Assembly: GCA_001275005.1 (NCBI GenBank)
Contig: JWZX01003220.1
Span: forward strand, 1-41,538
Direction: 5' to 3'
Length of the DNA stretch: 41,538 nt
Source of the DNA: Chrysochromulina tobinii
Taxonomy: Eukaryota
Below, one piece after another: positions 30,467 through 40,751 of the stretch (the first letter of the stretch is position 1; the number at the start of each line of letters is the position of its first letter). A program made the position numbers and the translations under genes. The notes beneath the pieces are model-generated. The model was not told the DNA's origin. It was given only the letters and a program-made list of their open reading frames with translations, and made no database searches.

Positions 30467-32113
30467 ATGGTCTTCACCATGCTGTGTGCCATCATGGCGA
30501 TGCCACTGCAAATGCGCGCTGCGGGGCTAATCGAGCCGGTGGGCGTCAGCGGCCCCGCGACATCAGCGTCAGCGCCTAGTGGGCCTCGGCCACTCCAGGC
30601 TTGTGCCGAGTGGGCGGCGGCGGGCGAATGCCGGACCAATTCGGCCTTTATGCATACACAGTGCCTCCTCGCGTGCCAGAAGGCAGACGCGGCACATGCA
30701 CCGGCCGCGAGGCCTGAACCGGCAGCGGCTGCCATCAAACACACGCCGGCAGTACAGTCATCGCCAGGGGATGGGATTCGTATCATTGATGAGACTCCAC
30801 ACGCACCGGGAACAGGATCACACAAGCCGGCAGAACAGACAATGCCAGCAGAAGAGACGGATCCCACCCCGACGACGCCACACGCACCGGGAACGCACAC
30901 ATCGCCAGCAGACGAGACGGATCCCACACCGACAACGCACACACCGGGAACTCACACACCGGGAACAGGGGCAGCACACACACCTGGAACAGGGGCACAC
31001 ACGCCGGGAACGCCAGCAACACACACCCCGGCGACACACCCCCCGGCGACACCGCATATTCGCCCGCAGGTGCTGGTCATCGTCTCGGACCACGGAAGCG
31101 GAACGACGAACTTCGGGGCAGCGCTCGATACTCACCCGTGCGTGTTCGACCTCGGGGAGCCCTTCGCACACGCCACGACGTTGTGGGCAAAGGCCAACGT
31201 CCCCGAATGCGATAACTCGAAGTTTCCGGACACCATCTTCAATGCGGACTCTGGCGCCCTCATGCATTCGAACAATCCGCAGCTGACACTGAAGATGGAA
31301 AATGCGATCAAACACAATCTTCTTCCTTCGATGAATCTCGCCCATGCCACTGCAGATATGTGCACGGGTCTGACCTACAACCTCGCCGATTACTTTGTCC
31401 GCGCCCGCGATCTCATCTGCTCGGACGTGCCCGATCATATCTGCCCCGCAGCGGACTGCACGATCACGCTCAAGTTTTTCCCTCAGTTTGTCAACGCGGA
31501 TACGCCGGGAGTGTTGATGAAGGACGAGCACACGTCGCAGTGTTCGACGGCGAAGAACACGCACGCGATGCAGGCGTGGAAGGACGGTCTCGAGTCGTTC
31601 AAGCAAAACCCGAAGGTCGCGTCGTTCACACTCGAGCGAAACGAGGCGAAGCGGCAATTCTCCGTGTTCCATCGGTTCACTCCTGCCGGCACCGAGTATG
31701 ACTGCAGCATCCCGCGCTATGCGACCGAATTCGCAAACGTGTCGAAGTCCTACACCGATGGCCTGATCAGCATCGAGGACTGCTGGACAGGCGCTGCGGG
31801 TGCCGCATCGTGCCTGAGCAAAGCGCTCCACGAGGTTGGTCTGGACATGGAACCGATGGGTAAGGCGGGGACGGATGCAATGGCGGGCACCGGCATCACG
31901 CACACATCCTTAAGTTGCACCACGAACCCGACATCCATCTTCAAGCGGCTCGCGAATGACGACGTGCAAGTGGTCAACCCCAAAGACCACTCGTGGCGAA
32001 AGAGCGATCATCACAACGCCTTCGAGGGACTGACGTTTGACGAGAAAGTGGAGGATGTCAGCGGTCCGACCCTTGTGCTTTCCCACACCACCCGTGCGTC
32101 TCGGCGTTCTTAG
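30467..32113 (+). CDS. Secreted or Golgi-lumenal protein: signal peptide, ShKT-like Cys module, Pro/Thr/His stalk and sulfotransferase-like P-loop domain
   Basis: CAEWAAAGECRTNSAFMHTQCLLAC (ShKT-like), repeated THTPG units, and VLVIVSDHGSGTTNFGAALDTHPCVFDLGEPF resembling a sulfotransferase 5'-PSB region. Confidence 0.7.
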   Translation: MVFTMLCAIMAMPLQMRAAGLIEPVGVSGPATSASAPSGPRPLQACAEWAAAGECRTNSAFMHTQCLLACQKADAAHAPAARPEPAAAAIKHTPAVQSSPGDGIRIIDETPHAPGTGSHKPAEQTMPAEETDPTPTTPHAPGTHTSPADETDPTPTTHTPGTHTPGTGAAHTPGTGAHTPGTPATHTPATHPPATPHIRPQVLVIVSDHGSGTTNFGAALDTHPCVFDLGEPFAHATTLWAKANVPECDNSKFPDTIFNADSGALMHSNNPQLTLKMENAIKHNLLPSMNLAHATADMCTGLTYNLADYFVRARDLICSDVPDHICPAADCTITLKFFPQFVNADTPGVLMKDEHTSQCSTAKNTHAMQAWKDGLESFKQNPKVASFTLERNEAKRQFSVFHRFTPAGTEYDCSIPRYATEFANVSKSYTDGLISIEDCWTGAAGAASCLSKALHEVGLDMEPMGKAGTDAMAGTGITHTSLSCTTNPTSIFKRLANDDVQVVNPKDHSWRKSDHHNAFEGLTFDEKVEDVSGPTLVLSHTTRASRRS

Positions 32114-32322
32114 TGGGAGCATCGTGAGTCTCGGCGTACCGCTACCCGAATCCGAAAGCGAAACCGTCGCAGTCGCAAATGGAACCGAATGCTAATGAAA
32201 TGCATGTACTGTACTGAACGACCATAGTGCGGGGAGCGGCGGTGCAAAGTGTGTAGGTTCCTGACAAGTTCCATGTGTTTCAATGATGTGCCGGGCGTGT
32301 CGCGTGCGGGATGAATCTAGAT

Positions 32323-33474
32323 TCACACTCTGACTCTACTCTGACCCACCGCCACCCTCTCGAGAGCGACGTGAAGCTCCTGCATCTGAAAGGGTCCGCT
32401 CTGAGCGGAGACGAGGTCGATCGTCCGAAAGGCGCTCGTCTCGGCGAGCCACGGGCGGGCTGTCTCGAGCATCTCACGCATCGCCGGCACGTCCCACGCG
32501 TGGAAGTGGCTCTGGTGCACGTCGTGGTTGCGATGCACAGTGCGCAGCCACGACATCAACCGATGCGCGGGTCGCTGCGCCGTGAGCGGCGCCCCTGGGC
32601 ACGGTGCCTGCTTCGCGAACTCCGCAGAGTTGGCAAACTGACGCATCTGAAGCTCCGTCGGGCGGTTGGCCAGCACCCACGCGGCGATTTCAAGGATGAA
32701 CACGCCCTGCGAGATGGACGACTCTGTGCCGTGTATCCTATCACTGCGCGAGAGCAGCGGCGCTGCCTTGTGTTTATGCTTGAGAGCAAATCGGTGGTCG
32801 CTCACCAGATGCTCCGGCGTGGGCGGCAGGCGCAGCCGATCGCCGTTTTGCCGCTCGGCGCACGCATCGGGAACCGCGAAGAGGATGCAGCCGCCCGGTC
32901 GCACCACGCGTAGCCACGCCTTCAGCGCCCCAATTGGATCGGCCATGTGCTCGAGTACGTGGAACGCCATCAGCCCGTCATACGAGCTGTCAGCCACGTT
33001 GCTGAGCACTTGCGCGTCATCGACTACATCGATGTGCGGCACGCTCTTGCCGTTGAAGCAATTCTTGCGCAGAAGCGCCTCGTCGTTCGTGAAATCCGCC
33101 GTGTGCACAACCACTTTGGCCTTGATGTGGTCAGGCAGGTGCGGCGTGAAACGATTCGGCATGAGACACGGACCTATCTCCAAAATTGTCAGCGGCTGTT
33201 GGCGCCGCTCAAAGATGCTCGCAAACCGGCTGGCGGACCATTGTGCGCGCCAGGACTCCTGCGGCCTGCCCTCCGTAGCGTTGCATCGACGATGGCCAAG
33301 GTGCGGAAACGCAGCGCTTGTCAGGTTGTGCCGGAGCCGCCACCGCTCGTCCGCGTCATCGCTGCTCTCGCTGCCGCCCGATGAGGCGGACCGGTGGTCG
33401 TGCTCAACGAGTTCGACGCACGTGGAGGGCGCTTGAGCAGCAGGAGTGCTGGCGCGATCGGAACGACCCTGCAT
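32323..33474 (-). CDS. Class I SAM-dependent methyltransferase (Methyltransf_11-like)
   Basis: ILEIGP (motif I), then DDAQVLSNVADSSYDGLMAFHVLEHMADPIGALKAWLRVVRPGGCILFAVPD. Confidence 0.85.
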   Translation of the reverse strand: MQGRSDRASTPAAQAPSTCVELVEHDHRSASSGGSESSDDADERWRLRHNLTSAAFPHLGHRRCNATEGRPQESWRAQWSASRFASIFERRQQPLTILEIGPCLMPNRFTPHLPDHIKAKVVVHTADFTNDEALLRKNCFNGKSVPHIDVVDDAQVLSNVADSSYDGLMAFHVLEHMADPIGALKAWLRVVRPGGCILFAVPDACAERQNGDRLRLPPTPEHLVSDHRFALKHKHKAAPLLSRSDRIHGTESSISQGVFILEIAAWVLANRPTELQMRQFANSAEFAKQAPCPGAPLTAQRPAHRLMSWLRTVHRNHDVHQSHFHAWDVPAMREMLETARPWLAETSAFRTIDLVSAQSGPFQMQELHVALERVAVGQSRVRV

Positions 33475-33481
33475 ATTGGGC

Positions 33482-33605
33482 GAAACAAGACACAGTGATG
33501 ACCTGCAACCAAATCTCGGACACGCGCTGGGGAGCGTTAAGCGGGTAAAGCAACCGCATATTCACCGTGCATTCACAGGCATTCATCAAATTCACATCAA
33601 CACGT
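33482..33605. repeat. Dispersed repeat, copy 1 (partner at 35865-35976)
   Basis: Shares GAAACRAGACAC, GACCTGCAACCAA, GCGTTAAGCGGGTAAA and ATTCAC arrays with copy 2, in the same orientation. Confidence 0.85.
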
Positions 33606-33891
33606 GCATTCACGGAAAAGCTGCTGTTCAAAGCGCGCCTCTACACCGGGGGAGCTGGGACACACACGGGACACACGGGCGCACACGGGCACTGGTATCG
33701 CTGTGGACGGAGGCGTGGCCGACACCAGCCTCGCTATTTTTACACAGGCCGTTATTGACTGAGATGCCTCACAGCGCCATATTTCTATTTGGGTAAGAGG
33801 CTATTTTGTCTCTTTTGTCTCACTCCGTCCTGAATTCGGCTAAATTCAAAGTGAAGTATAAGGCCATAACTCCCCGCCGTCATCGCTCACC

Positions 33892-35691
33892 TCAAACGCC
33901 CTCACTCGCCATCATCATACCCGTACCGCCACTCCCTCGTCGCTGCTCCTGTTCGCCCGCCTCCTGCACCGTCATCCCCTCGAGGTATCGCGTCACCGCC
34001 TCCTGGTAGGGCTCCAAAGGGGGCAGCTCGTCGGGTCCCATCGGCGCGCCCGCGCGCAGCCTCGAACACACCCACTTGCGTTCGGCAGACTTGCACACGT
34101 TGAGGATGTCACGGCCGCTCAGCCCGGTCGCGCGATCCCCGAGCTGGCTCAGTGCGTTCGCGTCGAGCTGGCGGGCGTAGCGCGCAAAGATGCTCGCGCG
34201 GCCGGCGGCGTCGGGCGCCGGAAAGCTCACGCGCACATCGAAGCGGGAGATGAGAGCCGGGTCGAGGTCTCGCGGTCGGTTGGTCGCCCCGATGAGCGCG
34301 ACGTGCTGCCCAGCATCGAGACCATCCATGTGCCGAAGCAGCGTCGACAGCATTCGGCGCGACGCCTCGTGCATCTCTTTGGCACGCGTGCCGCCGAGGG
34401 CATCGATCTCATCTAGGAAGAGCACACAGGGGCCGAGCTGCTCGCACCGAGCGAAGAGGGTAGCGAGCTTCTGCTCTCCCTCGCCGTACCACTTCGAGAT
34501 GAGCGCCTCGAGCGGCGCCGCGACGAGCGGCAGCTCGGCCGCCTCGGCCGCGAGCCGCGCCGCCATCGTCTTGCCCGTGCCTGGCGGCCCGAAGAAGAGC
34601 AGTGCAGTCGGGCGCGGAGCCGTCACGGCCTCTCCCGCGCGCGTCCCGCGCCGCGTGTGCTCAAAGGCCTCCGGGTGCTTGAGAGGGAAGAGGAGCCCCT
34701 CCTCGACGGCCTCGCGCACGTGCTCCGCGCCGGCGAGGCTCGACCAGCCGTCGGTCGCACGCGCCGTGCCGGGCGCGGGCGCGGGGTAGACTCGCACCCC
34801 GAGCTCGCCGAGAATCGTCAGGGCGTCGTCGTGGGCGTCGTCGTCCTCGGCGGGTGGGCGCGCCGTGTCGGGCGAGGTCGTTGACGAAGCCGATGAGCTG
34901 GCGCGCGCCCCCCGCGCCGGTGTCGGCGAGCTCCCAGGAGCAGAAGGCACTTTGAGCGGCGGCACCACGGCCGCGGCCGCGGCAGAGGCGGCGGCGGCCG
35001 CCTCATTGACCCAAGAGGGCTTCTTGGCTGCAGGCCACGGATTCGGCGCCAGCGGTTCAGCTGCGGCCGCACTCTCAGGTGCAGCTGGCGGCGCCGAGAG
35101 CGCAGGCATCGTCTTCAGGAAGTTGTCGAGGGCGATGAGTGGACCATCCTTAATGGAGCGGGCGGCGACGTCTTCTCGCGACATCGCGCGCTGAGCAGCC
35201 GTGGCGAGCGCCTTTGCCATCTGCATCGACAGGCGAGGCGCCTCAAAGGTCAACCAGCCGGGCTGCAAGCGCGGTCGCGCGAGCATGGGCCTCTCACTCG
35301 TCGAAATCATCTCGAGAGAGTGAGGTATTTGCAGCTGCAGCTGCACGCTCTCACCCGCCTGGAGTAGCGCGTGGAATGCCACGCCGCTGCCTCCACGCCT
35401 CGTCGCGACAACAGACCAGTCGTTCCGTCCGGCCATGGCGGCTTCCAGCACGCCCACCGCATCCACATCCGACAGAGTCGACAATACAACTCGCACACCG
35501 CCTTGTGATGCCTCGCCGAGCCTCACGGGCGTCGTCGGAAACGCCTCGAGCGTGTGCCGAAGAAGCAGCTCGGCGGACTTGAGCGGCTCGGTGGCATTGC
35601 TCTCCACTATCAGCCGAGCTTGCGACGCGAACGTGCGTGCCGGCAGGAGCAGCAACTTCCGACTCGCGCAGTGCAAAACCCTCGACAACAT
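33892..35691 (-). CDS. Single-domain AAA+ ATPase (classic AAA clade) with a mitochondrial-type presequence
   Basis: Walker A GPPGTGKT, pore loop SKWYGEGE, Walker B FLDEID and SRH ATNRPRDLDPALISRFD. N-terminus MLSRVLHCASRKLLLLPARTFAS. Confidence 0.92.
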   Translation of the reverse strand: MLSRVLHCASRKLLLLPARTFASQARLIVESNATEPLKSAELLLRHTLEAFPTTPVRLGEASQGGVRVVLSTLSDVDAVGVLEAAMAGRNDWSVVATRRGGSGVAFHALLQAGESVQLQLQIPHSLEMISTSERPMLARPRLQPGWLTFEAPRLSMQMAKALATAAQRAMSREDVAARSIKDGPLIALDNFLKTMPALSAPPAAPESAAAAEPLAPNPWPAAKKPSWVNEAAAAASAAAAAVVPPLKVPSAPGSSPTPARGARASSSASSTTSPDTARPPAEDDDAHDDALTILGELGVRVYPAPAPGTARATDGWSSLAGAEHVREAVEEGLLFPLKHPEAFEHTRRGTRAGEAVTAPRPTALLFFGPPGTGKTMAARLAAEAAELPLVAAPLEALISKWYGEGEQKLATLFARCEQLGPCVLFLDEIDALGGTRAKEMHEASRRMLSTLLRHMDGLDAGQHVALIGATNRPRDLDPALISRFDVRVSFPAPDAAGRASIFARYARQLDANALSQLGDRATGLSGRDILNVCKSAERKWVCSRLRAGAPMGPDELPPLEPYQEAVTRYLEGMTVQEAGEQEQRRGSGGTGMMMASEGV

Positions 35692-35864
35692 CGGAAACCA
35701 AGGGGTCCAGCACCAGGAGGTCGTGCTGCAGACTTGCGGAAATCGCTCACACGCTTGTTCTCAGCTCACGCTCACGTTCACGTTCACGTTATTTTGCCGT
35801 GACGGCGAGATGCAAAGCCACATTCGCTCACGCTCAAATTCATTGTGCTCTTTTGTTAAACAGT

Positions 35865-35976
35865 GAAACGAGACACGGACTGAAGACCTGCAACCAATAG
35901 CGGAAACGCTCTTAAACGCTCTGGGGGGCGTTAAGCGGGTAAATTCATTCACATGCATTCACAATTCACCAACACG
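35865..35976. repeat. Dispersed repeat, copy 2; the ATTCAC-rich tail extends to about 36105
   Basis: Same blocks and orientation as the copy at 33482-33605. Confidence 0.85.
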
Positions 35977-36247
35977 CACAAACCAAACTCAAGAGCGTGA
36001 AGTGCAACACCTCGTACACATCACAGTCGCTTCATTCACACCGAGCTAATATGTCACACGAGTTCACACATTGAATTCACACCGAGTTCAATCCGGATTC
36101 ACATATTTACTAATGTACTCGGCACCGAAACCACTTACCAAAACTGAGGGCAAGCGATTTCGGTGCCCTACTTATAGGATTTCACGGGTACTGTAATTCC
36201 TTCCGTCCCAACTTACGTTCCAAAGTTGGGACCGGGGGCTGATCGGG

Positions 36248-36823
36248 ATGAAGGAGTCGCAAAAGTGGCTGCACGAGCTCTTCGACTTGCTCGCATTCGT
36301 GTCGGCCTTCTTCTCCACGGTCTCATTAGTGCCGCTGCTCGCTTTCGACGCGTCCGACTACGCCGACGCCGACTCGCGCGCCTTTGCGCGCACCCCATCT
36401 CGTGGGGAACACCAAATCTCGTGGGCAATTTCGTTTTGGGCGCCGCTGTCCTGCGTGCTCTCGTGCCTGTCGCTCGTCGCGGCCATTCTAGGGCGCATGC
36501 TGAGCATCGCCGAGGATCGCCAGAACGGCACGCTGCGCGCGCGCCTGAACAAGATCAACTTGTTCTTACTTGTGTTCGCGTTGGTGACGGTCATGCTGAG
36601 CATCATCTTATTCCCCATTGCGCTCTATTACTCGGGCTTTATAATGTTCGTGGACGAAATCGTTTGGGACTCGAATCAGTGGTTCACGCTCGGTGCCTCT
36701 TTTATGGCTATATCGGCCACCCTCATTGTCATCTCGTTTGGCACGCTCGCGCTAGTATACTGCTGCCAGCACAAGCCCCAGGAGGGCGCCGCGCACCTCA
36801 CTCAGTCTGAGATCTCAGTTTGA
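36248..36823 (+). CDS. Small uncharacterised membrane protein (about 4 TM helices)
   Basis: ATG-initiated 191-aa ORF with four hydrophobic segments. No family recognised. Confidence 0.65.
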   Translation: MKESQKWLHELFDLLAFVSAFFSTVSLVPLLAFDASDYADADSRAFARTPSRGEHQISWAISFWAPLSCVLSCLSLVAAILGRMLSIAEDRQNGTLRARLNKINLFLLVFALVTVMLSIILFPIALYYSGFIMFVDEIVWDSNQWFTLGASFMAISATLIVISFGTLALVYCCQHKPQEGAAHLTQSEISV

Positions 36824-36857
36824 AATCAGGGATATTCAGGTAGGCGCGCCACCTATT

Positions 36858-37353
36858 TAAGGGATGCATTTGGGAGGACGATCAATTTAGTCGAGGCCGG
36901 AGGAGTTGGTCACATCACGCGACCCGCCCCGGACCCCAATTAGTGAGGCCGGAGGGGGCGGCGGCAATTGGGCGGCGGATACGTAAATAGGTTAGGAATA
37001 CTCAAAAGGTTGGGGCTTCCAAGTTGGGGGGGGGGGTAGGTACACTCAAAATACTTGGGGGTGAACCGATACGGTGGAGACGTATAATTTGGCGTCACTC
37101 ATGAGGCTCGGGGTTAGCCGGGGGTGTGGGCTCTGGGCTGCATGCTGGGCTGCCGGACCCCCAATTAGTGAACCGGGCAGATACGTAAATTTAGGTACAC
37201 TCAAAATACTTGGGCACCCATTAAAGGGATGCATTAGGGAGGACGATCCATTTAGTCGAGGCCGGAGGAGTTGGTCGCATCACGCGACCCGCCCCCGACC
37301 CCCAATTAGTGAACGGGGCGGCGGATATGTATTTATACTCAAAAAGTTTGGGG
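36858..37353. repeat. Modular non-coding repeat block
   Basis: A ~90-bp near-identical direct repeat (AGGGATGCATTWGGGAGGACGATC..CCCAATTAGTGA) at about 36858-36946 and 37221-37311, interleaved with GATACGTAAAT and ACTCAAAA..TTGGG sub-repeats. Confidence 0.85.
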
Positions 37354-37976
37354 TATGAGGATTGTGTGCTAATTGTGTGCAAACCCAGATATTATTTCAT
37401 ATGATATGTGAAAGAATTTGTTAGAGCGTAGCAAAGGGGTAGTGGCTCAAGTCGACCCGGGGTGCCGTGTGCCGATCCAGGTTGTTATTTCACTATCCAT
37501 CATCAAATATTTCATAACAAATCTATAACAAATTCCAGCATTGAGCGATAAGTATAATAGTTTCAACACTTTGTTTATTGACGCGGCTCGCGGGTGCAGC
37601 CGGACCCGTTTGCGTTTCAACCTCGCGTCCATAAATCGAACTGACTCAGCTCCCAGCCGCCGGTGAAGCCGCCGGTAGCCCGGTAGCCGCCGCTCGCACT
37701 CGAGACAGCGCGTAATGAGCCTGAGAGTGCGTCGGACGTACGCCGGCGCGGGTCATGCAGCGTACGGCAGAGAGTCCCGCTAGTAAGTCGCGGTTACTCG
37801 TCGGGCCGTTCGGTTGATATGGGATTGGGTCTTGCCCACGGTCCTGCCGGTGTTGTCCTCCGTCCCCCCGCGCGCGTACTAACCGCGTATTACACCCCGA
37901 CACTCTCACGGTGTGGTCATGCCGGTGAGGTGAACTACAGGTTCGTGCCTATTGTCGTTGTTTTACATCAACTGAT

Positions 37977-39249
37977 TCAAGTCCGCTCGCATCGCGCGCG
38001 CCGCGCCGCGTTGAGTGCCTCGAGACTGGTGCCCCTAGTAAGATAGGTACGGCAGCGCGCAAAGAGGCCGTAGCCTGCGTCGAGGATCGCGTGGGCCACG
38101 GGGTTTTCGTAGATGGCCCACACCCAGCCGAGGCCCACGGCCTTGTACGCCTCCTGAAAGACTTGCATGCCGCGCAGCACCTCGCCATCGGAGCGAACAG
38201 CGTGGAAGGAGGCGAGCGCGGTCCCGTAGTCGACTCGGCCGTTACGCGCGGCGGTCTCGTCGTACTCTGGCGACTCGACGTCCGTGTAGGTGAGCTTACC
38301 CTCAGAGTCGCGCGCGGAGAGGAAGTCAACCTCCCATCGGCACACGGCGCACTTGCTGTCGTACAGCAGGTTGAGCTCCTGTGGGAAGAGGCGCCGCGCC
38401 TCGCCCGTCGATGCGCAGAGGGATGGCGAGGGCGCGCGCCGCACCTCAGGCAGAGGACGGCAAAGCGCGGCCATGGACGGCGGCCCCACGGCGTCGTCTG
38501 CGCAGAGGGCACGCTCTACCTCGGGCGTCATAGCGCGGGCAAGTGGCCCTAGTGCCGGTGCCGCCGCCGCCGCCGAAGCGGGCAGCGCCGGGCTCCGCGT
38601 CGCGATGCGTGCGGTCATGAGCGGCCGCCCGGTGGTAAGATCGAGGAATGTGTCGGCTGCCTCGCACATCTCCTCGAGCGCGCGCTCCACCTCGCCTCCC
38701 GGGTACGATGCAATCAAGCGGCCTGGCCAGGCGGGCGCCGCCACGTTGCTGACCGGCTCGAAGGCGTCCGGTCCAACCAACGCGGCGTCGAGGGCTCGCA
38801 GCTGCTCTTGCACGAGTTCCACCTGTTGGGCAGCCGCACGCATCAGCAAAGGATCGGGCTCGCATTCGCACGAAGCCTGTTCCGGAGCGCAGATGCGCAG
38901 ATCAGGCAGCGCCCGGACCATCGTCTCACTCATCGACTGAAGAATCGGCCGATCACTAGCGACACGCTTGCGCAGCAGATCATAACCAGCTTTCAGTGGT
39001 CCAGAAGACCCGCCCGCCGTCTCCCGCAATTCCTCGGCCGCGTCGCGCACAAAGAATTGCAGCGACCGCACTTGCAAGGACAGCTGTCCCACGGATTCGA
39101 TGAGCGCAAAGGTGCCTAATGTGTCCGCGTCGGCTGGCGCAGTGAAGACGGGTGAAAAGGTTTGCTGCTGAAGCAGCGGCCGCGAGCACCGCTCGCCGTG
39201 GCAGAACGTAAGGCACCAGGCCAGCCGCGCAGAAGAAGACGTAAAGCAT
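37977..39249 (-). CDS. Plastid-lumen-targeted protein with a C-terminal DCC1-like (DUF393) thiol-disulfide oxidoreductase domain; 1-nt frameshift near 39160
   Basis: LLYDSKCAVCRWEVDFL (DxxCxxC), FHAVRSDGEVLRGMQVFQEAYKAVGLGW. The N-terminal signal plus RRAVLAAAA is in the adjacent frame. Confidence 0.75.
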
Positions 39250-39998
39250 CCGGACCGGATGGTGCCGAGAACCCGAGATTCTTTGACGTCACTCGACCCC
39301 TTTTTGGTCCGCGCTCTCGATTCGTCACTCTCGATTGGCGCGCGGCGGGCGGCGCATCGTGGCGTTTGTGGAGCCGTGCAGCTCACGCATAGAGCCGTGG
39401 TAAGATAGCAAAGACACGTAGGAAATCTCGAAAAAGCATGACGTCTTGACGTACGCTGACTCACAGTCGTGCGCTCGTGCCCTCGTCGTGCGCGTAGCCG
39501 TAGGCGGTAGAAAGGCGGTAGAGCCCCAACCAAGCCGTGCCGTGGCCGACACGCTTGGGTGGGGAGACGTTACTTCTTACTAACCGGAGCGTTATCGGGC
39601 AAGCGGTCGTGCGGAGATCGTCTGAACTAGATAGCTGATCCCTTGCTACATGAATCAGTTGTGACGTTCGGTCAGCGTTCGGTTGATCGTAGACGTAGTT
39701 GTCGTTCTCGTTGAGATTTCAGATTACAGAAAAGCGGCTGGCACCAGGCTGCAGGCAGGGTCCCAGCCGGGGGCGAGGGGCGCCAGGGCGACCTGCCACC
39801 TGGGAGCAGGGTGCTTGGGTGGTTCATTGGGTGGCAGCTCTTATCCCCCTCGCAATACGTGACATACAAGGACGGATATTCCGCGTGGCCCTCGCGTATT
39901 TCTGGAGAGGTGCTGTGCCCGCGGGAACCCTGAGTGCTGCTCCGCTTTGTCACTCTACATTGTACAGATCTCAGTGGCGTGCGACCATCCGGCCGCCC

Positions 39999-40634
39999 TC
40001 ACTCCTCCTCGACGAGCTGCTGCCGTGCACTGAGCCGCTGCTCGCACGCGCTCTCCGCCATCGCTCGCTGCGTGTGCTCGACGACAGGCTGGTAGAAGCA
40101 AGCAAAGAGGCCAAGCACGTTGGCCTCAAAGGTCGTTTCGTCCATGAGCTTGCGCACGCGGTCCATCTCGAAGAGGAACTGGTCTCGGTTGAAAACGGGC
40201 GGCAGCTGCAGGCGCACGGCCTTGGAGGGTCGCCTCTGAGTGTTCGCGCGAAGCGTGAGCGGCTGCGTGCCGCGCGCGACGGCCTCGAGCACGTCTGCGA
40301 GCGCGACACGCCCTGGGCCAGCCGCAGTCGACGCCTCCTCCATCTCGTCAAAAACGCAGAGGAGGTGGCGCTCGATCTCGGTGTGCTTGAGCTTCTCCTC
40401 CTTCACGGCTTTGGCTGCTGCGGACGACGCGCGCCTGAACTCGGCGAGCGGGTCAAAACCCGCGTCCTCATCGGGCGATGCCTCGTTCTCAACGGCATTC
40501 TCCACATCCTCCTCCTCTTGCTGCGAGGGCTGCTCGCCAAATTCGATCGCTTGCTGATCATCGGACGTGTTGAGTGCGAGCTTGGGCTGCTTCTTTGTCC
40601 GCTTCGGGGCAGGGCGCTTCGGGGAGGGCGGCAT
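39999..40634 (-). CDS. Hypothetical protein with a basic NLS-like N-terminus
   Basis: ATG at 40634 (MPPSPKRPAPKRTKKQPK), an acidic tract and a helical C-terminal half. No family recognised. Confidence 0.6.
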   Translation of the reverse strand: MPPSPKRPAPKRTKKQPKLALNTSDDQQAIEFGEQPSQQEEEDVENAVENEASPDEDAGFDPLAEFRRASSAAAKAVKEEKLKHTEIERHLLCVFDEMEEASTAAGPGRVALADVLEAVARGTQPLTLRANTQRRPSKAVRLQLPPVFNRDQFLFEMDRVRKLMDETTFEANVLGLFACFYQPVVEHTQRAMAESACEQRLSARQQLVEEE

Positions 40635-40714
40635 CAAGCACGCTTGGCCCCAGGGCGCAGCCAAGGTGAGCAGCGCGAGCTTTTTTTGAAATCAGCAGCG
40701 AAATTGAGGTTCCC

Positions 40715-40716
<2 letters not shown>

Positions 40717-40751
<35 letters not shown>
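40717..40751. repeat. (CAAG)n microsatellite
   Basis: About 8.7 perfect copies. Confidence 0.95.

Noticed and set aside
37905..37950. tRNA- or SINE-like A/B boxes (TGGTCATGCCGG..GGTTCGTGCC)
   Set aside because: The box matches are loose and no cloverleaf could be folded.
39250..39533. N-terminal extension of the 518-aa DCC1 ORF
   Set aside because: It has a non-ATG start and non-protein-like composition. The frameshifted ATG 39249 presequence explains the N-terminus better.
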